DNA of 64,000 nt from an uncultured Rickettsiales bacterium (GTDB lineage Bacteria > Pseudomonadota > Alphaproteobacteria > Rickettsiales > SXRF01). Shown in pieces: positions 49,398 through 57,104 of this stretch (within the stretch, counting starts at the first letter, position 1; each line of letters opens with the position of its first letter). Where the stretch lies: assembly GCA_964575095.1 (NCBI GenBank), contig CAZNPA010000006.1, forward strand, positions 8,361-72,360, in the 5' to 3' direction. The position numbers were made by a program, and so were the translations under genes. The notes under the pieces were generated by a model that searched no databases, was not told the origin of the DNA, and saw nothing but the letters and a program-made list of their open reading frames with translations.

Positions 49398-50336
49398 ATG
49401 GATGCAAAAATCATCACCATTATCGGCGGCACCGGGTTTTTGGGACGTTATGTCGTCCGCAGGCTGGCCAGGGCCGGGTATGTGCTGCGCGTGATCGCGC
49501 GGCGGCCGGACGCGGCGCTCTACCTTAAAACCGCGGGCGACGTCGGCCAGGTCGTGCTCACCTACGGCGACCTGACCGCGCCGGAGACGCTTTCGGGCAA
49601 GCTCGACAACTCCTACGCCGTCATCAACCTCGCCGGCATCATGTTCGAATCCGGGCGGCAGAAATTCACCGCCGTGCACAACGAAGGCATCGACAAGCTG
49701 GCACAGATGGCCAAGGCGGCGCGCGTGCCGCGCTTCATCCACCTCTCGGCGCTGGGCATCGACAAAACGATGGGCTCGCGTTACGCCCGCTCGAAGGTGC
49801 TGGGCGAGAACGCCGTGCTGGGAACGCTGCCCGATGCCACCATCCTGCGCCCCAGCGTCATGTTCGGGCCTGAGGACAATTTCTTCAACCAGTTCGCGCG
49901 CCTGGCGGCGCTCTCCCCCGCCCTGCCCTTAATCGGCGGCGGCCACACGCGCTTCCAGCCGGTCTATGTCGACGATGTCGCCAAGGCGGTCGAGGTCGCT
50001 TTACAGCGCGCCGACAGCAAAGGCCACATCTACGAGCTGGGCGGCCCGCGCACCTATAGCTTCAAGCAGTTGCTGGAATATATCCTGCGCATCACCGGTG
50101 CGCATTGCCGCCTGATGAGCCTGCCGTTCGGCATGGCGTCATTCATCGGCGCGCTTGGTGAATTCCTGCCGCGCCCGCCGCTCACGCGCGACCAGGTGAT
50201 TTTGCTCAGGCACGATAACGTCGTCACCCCCAACGCGCGCACGTTCGCCAATCTCGGCATCCAGCCGCTGCCGCTCGAAGACATCGTGCCGCAGTATCTT
50301 TCACGCTTTTATAAAGACATTCCGCTGGCGGCGTGA
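49398..50336 (+). CDS. NAD(P)-binding SDR, complex I NDUFA9-like
   Basis: 312 aa with IIGGTGFLGRYVVRRL and the pattern typical of alphaproteobacterial NDUFA9 homologues. Confidence 0.8.
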   Translation: MDAKIITIIGGTGFLGRYVVRRLARAGYVLRVIARRPDAALYLKTAGDVGQVVLTYGDLTAPETLSGKLDNSYAVINLAGIMFESGRQKFTAVHNEGIDKLAQMAKAARVPRFIHLSALGIDKTMGSRYARSKVLGENAVLGTLPDATILRPSVMFGPEDNFFNQFARLAALSPALPLIGGGHTRFQPVYVDDVAKAVEVALQRADSKGHIYELGGPRTYSFKQLLEYILRITGAHCRLMSLPFGMASFIGALGEFLPRPPLTRDQVILLRHDNVVTPNARTFANLGIQPLPLEDIVPQYLSRFYKDIPLAA

Positions 50337-50364
50337 CGCGCGGCGGGGCGCTGAAGACAACCGC

Positions 50365-51090
50365 TTATATTCCGCGATCGGCGTCCCGTCCGGTCCTGTT
50401 GATACGGTCTGCGGGATTTGTGCGTCTGGATTCGCGAGACAGATTGATCAAGTGATCCGAGATCCGGGTCAGGATATCATCGCCGGCGGCAGTATCTATT
50501 TCAAAAGCGTATCTCTCGCTTTTTACTCCAGATTTTGAGATATGTTGCAGGGCGCTTCTTTTATTGCTGATATCAAGCTCGTCCCTTAATCGATGACCGA
50601 ACAGGCTGTACGCGGTGCTTAGCGCCTCGATAGGGAACGATACTCTGAATACATTGCCGCCGCTTTCGCTGAAGCGTATCTCCGGCGTTGCCTTCAAAGG
50701 CGCCATGAATGCCTGCGCATAATCACAGAAGCCGCCGATGTCGCACTGCCTTGAGGCGTCATGAATGGGGCCGTTCATGACATTCTTCCATCGCGCAAGC
50801 ATGTTCTCGAATTCCGCTGATTTCATGCCTTCCACGGAAATATAACTCTGTTCGTTCGCATGTTTGGCGTCCGAACTATCAGACAATCCCAATCGCTTCG
50901 GATCGATACCTTGCAACAACAACGCGGCTCTGGCGTGACGGGCGTTCTTTAGATTCTCATCGTCAATCTTTTTTCTTTCTTCCTCGGGTTTGCCTGCATA
51001 TTGATCGTCTCTGTCTTTATTAAACGAGATCCTCACGCCGAATTTGGTTTCTTCGATTGTATAATCTTTGCCGGTCATTATATTCCCCAC
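50365..51090 (-). CDS. Hypothetical protein
   Basis: 241-aa ORF with no signal peptide and no motif I recognise. Followed upstream by an AT-rich spacer. Confidence 0.45.
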   Translation of the reverse strand: MGNIMTGKDYTIEETKFGVRISFNKDRDDQYAGKPEEERKKIDDENLKNARHARAALLLQGIDPKRLGLSDSSDAKHANEQSYISVEGMKSAEFENMLARWKNVMNGPIHDASRQCDIGGFCDYAQAFMAPLKATPEIRFSESGGNVFRVSFPIEALSTAYSLFGHRLRDELDISNKRSALQHISKSGVKSERYAFEIDTAAGDDILTRISDHLINLSRESRRTNPADRINRTGRDADRGI

Positions 51091-51214
51091 TGAGAAATTA
51101 TCTCATCCCGATTATAGCTGGCACAAGTTCAGCGTGTGTGAAATATTTGTTAAGGTTATATTAACAAATATATAGTACTGATATTCCATTATTATTAGCG
51201 TTCCAATCAAAATT

Positions 51215-51883
51215 ATGCGCAAGTTATACCATACCCCGCTGTCTCCGTTCTGCCGTAAAATACGGATGAGCCTCAAGGAAAAAGGCCTCGATTTTGAGCT
51301 GGTGCAGGAGAACCCGTGGGACAGCAAACTCGACGTGTTCGCGCTCAATCCTGCCGGCGAGATTCCGGTTTTGATCGAGCCGCATGGCTTTTCCGTCTCC
51401 GGCGCCTACGCCATCGACGAATACCTCGAAGAGGCTTATCCGCAATTAAGCCTGATCGGGAAATCGCCCGGCGAGCGCGCCGAGGTGAGGCGTCTGGCCG
51501 GCTGGTTCGACCACAAATTCGATTACGAAGTGACGCAAAATATTTTGTTCGAAAAAGTGTTCAAGCATTACCTGCACGGCGGCGAACCCAACTCGGCGGC
51601 CATCCGCTACGGCAAGCAGCTGATGCTCTATCACCTCGATTACATCGGCCACCTGTCCAGCGAGCGTTATTTTCTGGCCGGTGACACGATTACGCTGGCT
51701 GACATCGCGGCGGCGGCGCATCTTTCGGCGCTCGACTGTCTGGGCGACGTGCCGTGGGAATATAATAAAGCGGCACGCAACTGGTACGCGCTGATGAAAT
51801 CGCGCCCGTCGATGCGCTGCATCCTCGGCGAGCGCGTCCGCGGCGTCAAGCCGCCGGTCTACTACGCCAACCCGGATTTCTAA
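51215..51883 (+). CDS. Glutathione S-transferase
   Basis: 222 aa. N-terminal thioredoxin-like domain (LYHTPLSPFCRKIRM, EIPVL) plus a helical C-terminal domain. Confidence 0.85.
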   Translation: MRKLYHTPLSPFCRKIRMSLKEKGLDFELVQENPWDSKLDVFALNPAGEIPVLIEPHGFSVSGAYAIDEYLEEAYPQLSLIGKSPGERAEVRRLAGWFDHKFDYEVTQNILFEKVFKHYLHGGEPNSAAIRYGKQLMLYHLDYIGHLSSERYFLAGDTITLADIAAAAHLSALDCLGDVPWEYNKAARNWYALMKSRPSMRCILGERVRGVKPPVYYANPDF

Positions 51884-52917
51884 TGAACGCCCAATCGCGA
51901 ATAACCGCCAAAGCCAAAGCCATAGGCTTTGATGCGGTAGGTTTCACTGCGCCGGAAATTTCCGCCGATGCGCAAGCGGGTTTGCAGGAATTCCTCATCA
52001 ACGACCATCACGGCGATATGGCGTGGATGATGGAGAAGGCCGACCGCCGCGGCGATCCGAAGGCGCTGTGGCCGGAGACGAAATCGGTCATCGTCGTCGG
52101 CCATAATTACGGGCCGGATTTCGATCCGATGGAAAAACTGGCAGCGCGGAGTACGGGGAACATTTCCTGCTACGCGCTGAACGAAGATTATCACGACGTC
52201 ATCAAGAAAAAACTGAAAGAGCTGGCGCGCTGGGTGGCAGAAGAATTTGCCTGCGAGGTGAAAGTGTTTGTGGATACAGCGCCGGTAATGGAAAAGACGC
52301 TCGCGGCGGAGGCTGGCCTTGGTTGGCAGGGAAAACACACCTGTTTGGTTTCGAAAGAATTCGGCAGCTGGCTTTTTCTAGGCAGTATATTCACAACCCT
52401 GCCGCTGACTGCTGCCGCACCGGAAACGGATCACTGCGGCACCTGCCGGAAATGCCTCGACATCTGCCCGACCAACGCCTTTACCGCTGAAAGAAAGCTC
52501 GATGCGCGCAAATGCATTTCCTATCTCACCATCGAGCACAAGGGACAAATTCCGCTCGAATTCAGGAAGGCCATCGGCAACCGCATCTATGGCTGCGACG
52601 ATTGTCTGGCCGTGTGCCCGTGGAATAAATTTGCGCAAATTTCTGGCGAGATTTCTTACCATTCGCGTCGGGAATTGCAAAGCCCGCTGCTGCAAGAATT
52701 AGCGCAACTCGACGACACCGCTTTCCGCGCCTTGTTCAGGAAATCGCCGGTCAAGCGCATCGGCCGTGATCGCTTCGTACGCAACGTGCTCATCGCCATC
52801 GGCAACAGCGGTAACGCCTCTTTGCAAGAAACCATTGCACCGCTTGTACGCGATGCTTCGCCGCTGGTGGCCGAGATGGCGACATGGGCGCTGGAGGAGT
52901 TAGTGGCGAGTGGTTAG
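51883..52917 (+). CDS. queG: Epoxyqueuosine reductase
   Basis: Contains CGTCRKCLDICPTNA and GCDDCLAVCPWNKF ferredoxin motifs plus C-terminal HEAT-like repeats. The last 6 codons and the stop lie inside a palindrome. Confidence 0.92.
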   Translation: MNAQSRITAKAKAIGFDAVGFTAPEISADAQAGLQEFLINDHHGDMAWMMEKADRRGDPKALWPETKSVIVVGHNYGPDFDPMEKLAARSTGNISCYALNEDYHDVIKKKLKELARWVAEEFACEVKVFVDTAPVMEKTLAAEAGLGWQGKHTCLVSKEFGSWLFLGSIFTTLPLTAAAPETDHCGTCRKCLDICPTNAFTAERKLDARKCISYLTIEHKGQIPLEFRKAIGNRIYGCDDCLAVCPWNKFAQISGEISYHSRRELQSPLLQELAQLDDTAFRALFRKSPVKRIGRDRFVRNVLIAIGNSGNASLQETIAPLVRDASPLVAEMATWALEELVASG

Positions 52918-52983
52918 TGGTGAGTGACGAGGAAGTATGCTATCTTTCTGACTCATCACTAACCACTCGCCACTATCCACTAA
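52899..52983. repeat. Palindrome with GTGGNGA periodicity bridging queG and grxC
   Basis: GTTAGTGGCGAGTGGTTAGTGGTGAGTGACG ... CTGACTCATCACTAACCACTCGCCACTATCCACTAA. It ends 1 nt before the grxC ATG. Confidence 0.75.
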
Positions 52984-53241
52984 ATGCCCAACATCATCAT
53001 CTACACCAAAGACTACTGCCCCTACTGCGTGAAGGCGAAAAAGCTGCTGGAAAAAAAGCGCGTCGCGTTCACTGAAATCGACATCACGCGCGACGAGCAT
53101 CTGCAAAAAGAGATGGTCGAGAAATCCGGCGGCAGGCGCAGCGTTCCGCAGATTATTATCGGCGGAAAACCCGTCGGCGGCGCCGACGATTTATACGCGC
53201 TGGATGCGGCAGGAAAATTGGATGCGCTGCTGATACAATAA
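52984..53241 (+). CDS. grxC: Glutaredoxin 3
   Basis: 85 aa with YTKDYCPYCVKAK (CPYC), SVPQIIIGG and GGADDL. Confidence 0.95.
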   Translation: MPNIIIYTKDYCPYCVKAKKLLEKKRVAFTEIDITRDEHLQKEMVEKSGGRRSVPQIIIGGKPVGGADDLYALDAAGKLDALLIQ

Positions 53242-53407
53242 TTTCAGAAATTCGATCTTTGATTTTCCCTGTTTGTTGCTTTCATGCAACAACGCTAGAT
53301 TTTATGTTATCCACAGATGTAGATACTACATATAGTTAGTGCGCTAATCATAAACAATGTGTAAACAATATATAAAATTTTAGACAAATTTTATTGGATA
53401 CTCCTAA

Positions 53408-53830
53408 GTGCTGTATTGGCAAATTTGGTCATCGTTTTGGAAAAGCTGGGCGGACGCCATGGGCGAGGATAACGATACGAAAAAAGATGCCGGTTACGGC
53501 CGCCGCCAGAGCGATGCACTGAAAGATTTTCTGCACAATACCCATGGCGAACCCTGCCCCAAGCAGGAATTTCTGGCCACCATCAATCACGATCTGCGCA
53601 CACCGCTCAATGCCGTCATCGGCTTCGCGCAGGTGATTGAAAATCAGCTTCACGGCGAGTTGCAACAGCAATACGTCGAATACGCCAAGCACATTCAGGA
53701 AAGCGGCTACGATTTGCTGTCCAAGATCGAAAGCCTGCTCGATGCGCCGGCGCCGGAAGGCCCGCGTCGCGCAATAGCCGGCGCGCCTGTCCGCAAAACC
53801 AAAGCGAAAAAGCTGGCCGAAGTAGACTAG
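53408..53830 (+). CDS. Stand-alone HisKA (DHp) domain protein lacking an ATPase domain
   Basis: H-box FLATINHDLRTPLNAVIGFAQVI. The ORF ends about 70 aa later with no N/G1/F/G2 boxes. An alternative start lies at 53459. Confidence 0.6.
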   Translation: MLYWQIWSSFWKSWADAMGEDNDTKKDAGYGRRQSDALKDFLHNTHGEPCPKQEFLATINHDLRTPLNAVIGFAQVIENQLHGELQQQYVEYAKHIQESGYDLLSKIESLLDAPAPEGPRRAIAGAPVRKTKAKKLAEVD

Positions 53831-53858
53831 ACGCCCTTGGCGTCCTATAATTCCCGTC

Positions 53859-54449
53859 ATGAACAAGCAACACGCTGCCGCCGAGATCATCGCGCATGCC
53901 TTACCCATCGCACCGTTCGAGGGGTGGACTGTTTCCGCTTTGCAGCAGGCGGCGGAAAACGCCGGCTATAAAAAAACCGATGTCATCCGCGTATTTCCCG
54001 GCGGCGCCATCGAAGCGGCGGATATGTTTTCGCATTTAGGCGATGAAAAAATGCTGGAGGCATTGCAGAATTATTCCCTAGACGCCATGAAAATCCGCGA
54101 TCGTATCGCCACCGCCGTACGTGTGCGTCTAAGCGCGCATGAAACGCATCGCGAAGCGCTGCGTAAAATCGCGGCGCTGCACGCCATGCCTTTTTACGCC
54201 GGGCACGGGCTGCGTTGCCTATACGATACGGTCGACGCCATCTGGCGGGCGGCGGGCGACACTTCCACCGACTTTAATTTCTACACCAAACGTCTGCTCC
54301 TGGCCGGCGTCTATAGCTCCACGTTGCTTTATTGGCTCAATGATAAAAGCGCCGGACATGCGGCCAGCTGGGCGTTTTTAGGCCGCCGCATTGAGAACGT
54401 GATGCAGATTCAGAAGATAAAAGGGAAACTATTCAATCGCCGAGCGTAG
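53859..54449 (+). CDS. COQ9-family protein (rpsU-divergently-transcribed protein family)
   Basis: 196 aa. TetR-like N-terminus plus a lipid-binding helical domain, with the pattern IRDRIATAVRVRL...TDFNFYTKRLLLAGVYSSTLLYWL. Confidence 0.75.
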   Translation: MNKQHAAAEIIAHALPIAPFEGWTVSALQQAAENAGYKKTDVIRVFPGGAIEAADMFSHLGDEKMLEALQNYSLDAMKIRDRIATAVRVRLSAHETHREALRKIAALHAMPFYAGHGLRCLYDTVDAIWRAAGDTSTDFNFYTKRLLLAGVYSSTLLYWLNDKSAGHAASWAFLGRRIENVMQIQKIKGKLFNRRA

Positions 54450-55364
54450 GGTGGCGCGCGTGGCGTAAACCACCACGTCGTCGAAATTATTGGTTGCGTT
54501 GCTGGTATCTATGATCGGCGATCCCTGATAGAAAATATTATCGAAGCTGGTATCATCACCATCGGTATCGCAGTGGCAGTTTTTAAGTTCAAAAACGTTC
54601 GTTGAGGTAACGGCGATACGGTCCTGCGATAATCTGCCATAGGCGCCATGCCCGTTAGGGCCGAAACTGACCAACACGTATGCCGTCAGCGAGCTGACGG
54701 CTGCATGGTTACCCAAGGTATCCAGCGGCCTGCGTATAGTGATTCTCGTCGGAGCATTGGTCACATCATAGGTGATGCTGGAGGTGGTAGTGCCGGTCGT
54801 GAACGCATCGACGATGGTGAACTGACCATCCAGCGCGTAGAAAATGCGGCGCCCCCAGCCGTCGAACGCATAATCGTCAGGCAGCCTGAGCGTCTTGGTT
54901 GGCACCATGCCGCCGTAAATGCAGTGATCGTCGGCAGTGAAGCAATCGGTGCCGCTGATTTCGTAATAATAGTTTGCCGCCGGCGTCCCCCCCAGGCAGG
55001 TGGCGGTGACGGTGTTATCCGCTCCGGCAATAGCTGCGATACCGAAATACTGGCTGGAAGTGCTGTAGGCGCTGATATTGGCCGGACATGGCAGACGGCC
55101 AAAGGCACGGCGGTAATCAAGAAGCGCCACCTGAATCGCTGCCAGTCTCATCTTGGTGGTTTCCGCCTGCTGCTTCTGTAACGATGAAGAAAGTAGCAAT
55201 GCACCGCCTGCCAGAACGATGGAAATAATCACCAGCACGACGCTCATTTCGAGCAAGGTGAAGGCTTTTACCCCGCACTGGGTACGCGAGGGTCTGATAG
55301 CTTTACAAGTGATTTGTGCATTATGCATTATGTGCATTATACCACCAAGAACCGAACCCCGCAA
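54429..55364 (-). CDS. Prepilin-type N-terminal methylation-domain protein (pilin/pseudopilin-like)
   Basis: AFTLLEMSVVLVIISIVLAGG class III signal core. The start is uncertain. The body is large (about 270 aa) and Thr/Gly-rich. Confidence 0.65.
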   Translation of the reverse strand: MRGSVLGGIMHIMHNAQITCKAIRPSRTQCGVKAFTLLEMSVVLVIISIVLAGGALLLSSSLQKQQAETTKMRLAAIQVALLDYRRAFGRLPCPANISAYSTSSQYFGIAAIAGADNTVTATCLGGTPAANYYYEISGTDCFTADDHCIYGGMVPTKTLRLPDDYAFDGWGRRIFYALDGQFTIVDAFTTGTTTSSITYDVTNAPTRITIRRPLDTLGNHAAVSSLTAYVLVSFGPNGHGAYGRLSQDRIAVTSTNVFELKNCHCDTDGDDTSFDNIFYQGSPIIDTSNATNNFDDVVVYATRATLRSAIE

Positions 55365-55377
55365 TAAATGCGGGGTT

Positions 55378-56793
55378 TTACATATGTATCACGCGGCCGT
55401 AGGCGTCTAACACCGATTCATGCATCATTTCCGATAGAGTCGGGTGCGGGAAGACGGTGTGCATCAGTTCGCCTTCGGTCAGCTCGCCGGTTTTAGCGAT
55501 GGCGTAGCCCTGGATCATTTCGGTGACTTCGGCGCCGATCATATGCGCGCCCAAAAGCTCGCCGGTCTTGGCGTCGAAGATGGTTTTCACCAAGCCTTCC
55601 GGTTCGCCGAGCGCGATGGCCTTGCCGTTGCCGATGAAGGAGAAGCGGCCGACCTTGACGTTGAGTCCCTTCTCTTTCGCCGCTTTTTCGGTAAGGCCGA
55701 CGCTGGCGATCTGCGGCCAGCAATAGGTGCAGCCGGGGATGTTGGTCGTTTTGATGGGATGCACGCCCTTGACGCCGGCAATTTTCTCGACGCAGACGAC
55801 GCCCTCGTGGGAGGCCTTGTGCGCAAGCCATGGTGCGCCGGTCAAATCGCCGATGGCATAAACGCCCGGTTCGGCGGTGGCGCCATAGCCGTCGGTGACG
55901 ACGTGCGTCTTCTCGACTTTGACCTTGGTGCCTTCCAGCCCCAGATTCTCGACATTGCCGACGATGCCGATCGCGAGAATCACTCTATCGACCGTAACAT
56001 CGCTCGACTTGCCGCCCGCTTCCAGCGTTACCGTTACATTATCTTTGCCGCGCTTGAGCGCTTTTACTGTTGTACCGACATGAATCTTCATGCCCTGCTT
56101 CTCGAAGGCCTTATGCGCGAATTTGGAAATCTCCTCGTCCTCGACGGGCAGGATGCGATCCATGACTTCGACCACCGTCACTTCAGCGCCCAGCGTGCGG
56201 TAGAAGCTGGCGAACTCGATGCCGATGGCGCCTGAGCCTACGACCAATAAGGATTTCGGCATGACGTCGGGCACCATCGCCTCGCGGTAGGTCCACACCA
56301 GCTTGTTCATCACCAGCGGGCCGTCGGGCTCCAGCCCCGGCAGCGTACGCGCCCGCGCGCCGGTCGCCAGAATAATATGCTTGGCCGTCAGCTCGGAGAT
56401 TTTCTTGCCGTCTTTCTCGACGCTGACTTTTCCCTTGCCCGCCAGCTTGCCGTGGCCGTCGATGACGGTGATTTTGTTCTTCTTCATGAGGCCGGAAACG
56501 CCTTTGGACAATTGCCCCGCTACCGTGCGTGAGCGCTGCACGATTTTTGACAAATCGAATTTTATATCTTTTGCGCTCAAGCCAAATTTATCGGCGTTCT
56601 GCATCAGGTGATAAATCTCGGAGGTGCGCAGCAGCGCCTTGGTCGGGATGCAGCCCCAGTTCAAGCAAATGCCGCCCATGTGCGCACCCTCGACGACGGC
56701 CGTTTTCATGCCCAGCTGCGCGGCGCGTATCGCCGCCACATAGCCGCCCGGCCCGCCGCCGATGATAACGATGTCAAAGTTCTGGTCAGTCAT
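55378..56793 (-). CDS. lpdA: Dihydrolipoyl dehydrogenase (E3)
   Basis: 471 aa with IIGGGPGGYVAAIRAAQLG, the redox centre GGICLNWGCIPTK and the HPTLSE motif. Confidence 0.96.
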   Translation of the reverse strand: MTDQNFDIVIIGGGPGGYVAAIRAAQLGMKTAVVEGAHMGGICLNWGCIPTKALLRTSEIYHLMQNADKFGLSAKDIKFDLSKIVQRSRTVAGQLSKGVSGLMKKNKITVIDGHGKLAGKGKVSVEKDGKKISELTAKHIILATGARARTLPGLEPDGPLVMNKLVWTYREAMVPDVMPKSLLVVGSGAIGIEFASFYRTLGAEVTVVEVMDRILPVEDEEISKFAHKAFEKQGMKIHVGTTVKALKRGKDNVTVTLEAGGKSSDVTVDRVILAIGIVGNVENLGLEGTKVKVEKTHVVTDGYGATAEPGVYAIGDLTGAPWLAHKASHEGVVCVEKIAGVKGVHPIKTTNIPGCTYCWPQIASVGLTEKAAKEKGLNVKVGRFSFIGNGKAIALGEPEGLVKTIFDAKTGELLGAHMIGAEVTEMIQGYAIAKTGELTEGELMHTVFPHPTLSEMMHESVLDAYGRVIHM

Positions 56794-56812
56794 TAGTAAT
56801 ATTTCTCCTTTT

Positions 56813-56963
56813 AATTCCCCTCTCCCTTTGAAGGGAGAGGGCAGCGAGACTTGGACAATCGAAGATTGTCCTTAGTCGAGCAGGGTGAGGGTTGCACTCT
56901 CTCATTGGCGATGAAGCACAACCCTCTCCCCTGCCCCTCTCCCTTCAAAGGGAGAGGGGAATT
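56813..56963. repeat. Nested-palindrome element, copy 5 (variant, upstream of lpdA)
   Basis: AATTCCCCTCTCCCTTTGAAGGGAGAGGG ... CAGGGTGAGGGTTGC ... CCCTCTCCCTTCAAAGGGAGAGGGGAATT. Confidence 0.8.
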
Positions 56964-57008
56964 TTAAGAACAGCCGATGATGACGATATCGAAATTAGTG
57001 TCGGTCAT
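56964..57008 (-). pseudogene. Orphaned duplicate of the lpdA 5' end (14 codons + stop)
   Basis: Minus strand AAGGAAAGAAAA-ATGACCGACACTAATTTCGATATCGTCATCATCGGCTGTTCTTAA encodes MTDTNFDIVIIGCS*. The real start is ATGACTGACCAGAACTTTGACATCGTTATCATCGGCGGC, encoding MTDQNFDIVIIGG. Confidence 0.7.
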
Positions 57009-57023
57009 TTTTCTTTCCTTTTT

Positions 57024-57047
57024 GTCATCCCGGCGAAGGCCGGGATC
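57024..57047. repeat. 24-nt hairpin repeat (GTCATCCC-GGC-GAAG-GCC-GGGATC)
   Basis: GTCATCCCGGCGAAGGCCGGGATC. Same family as the copies at 59410-59467, 59784-59807 and 60483-60506. Confidence 0.75.
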
Positions 57048-57104
57048 CATGTCTTTCCTATTTCTTATATGGCCTGGCCTGGATACCGGCCTACGCCGGT
57101 ATGA

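Noticed and set aside
53307-53315. Perfect DnaA box TTATCCACA in an AT-rich spacer between grxC and the HisKA-only gene, considered as a possible oriC.
   Set aside because: There is only one consensus box and no cluster of boxes. No DnaA-trio or AT-rich 13-mer-like array stands out. The neighbouring genes are not the usual alphaproteobacterial origin markers. More likely a chance occurrence or a single regulatory box.
56892-57104. 70-aa plus-strand ORF in the pdhC-lpdA spacer (contains VIPAKAGIHVF).
   Set aside because: It is just the translation of palindromic element copy 5, the lpdA fragment and the 24-nt hairpin repeat. Repeat-derived pseudo-ORFs of this kind are common annotation artefacts.
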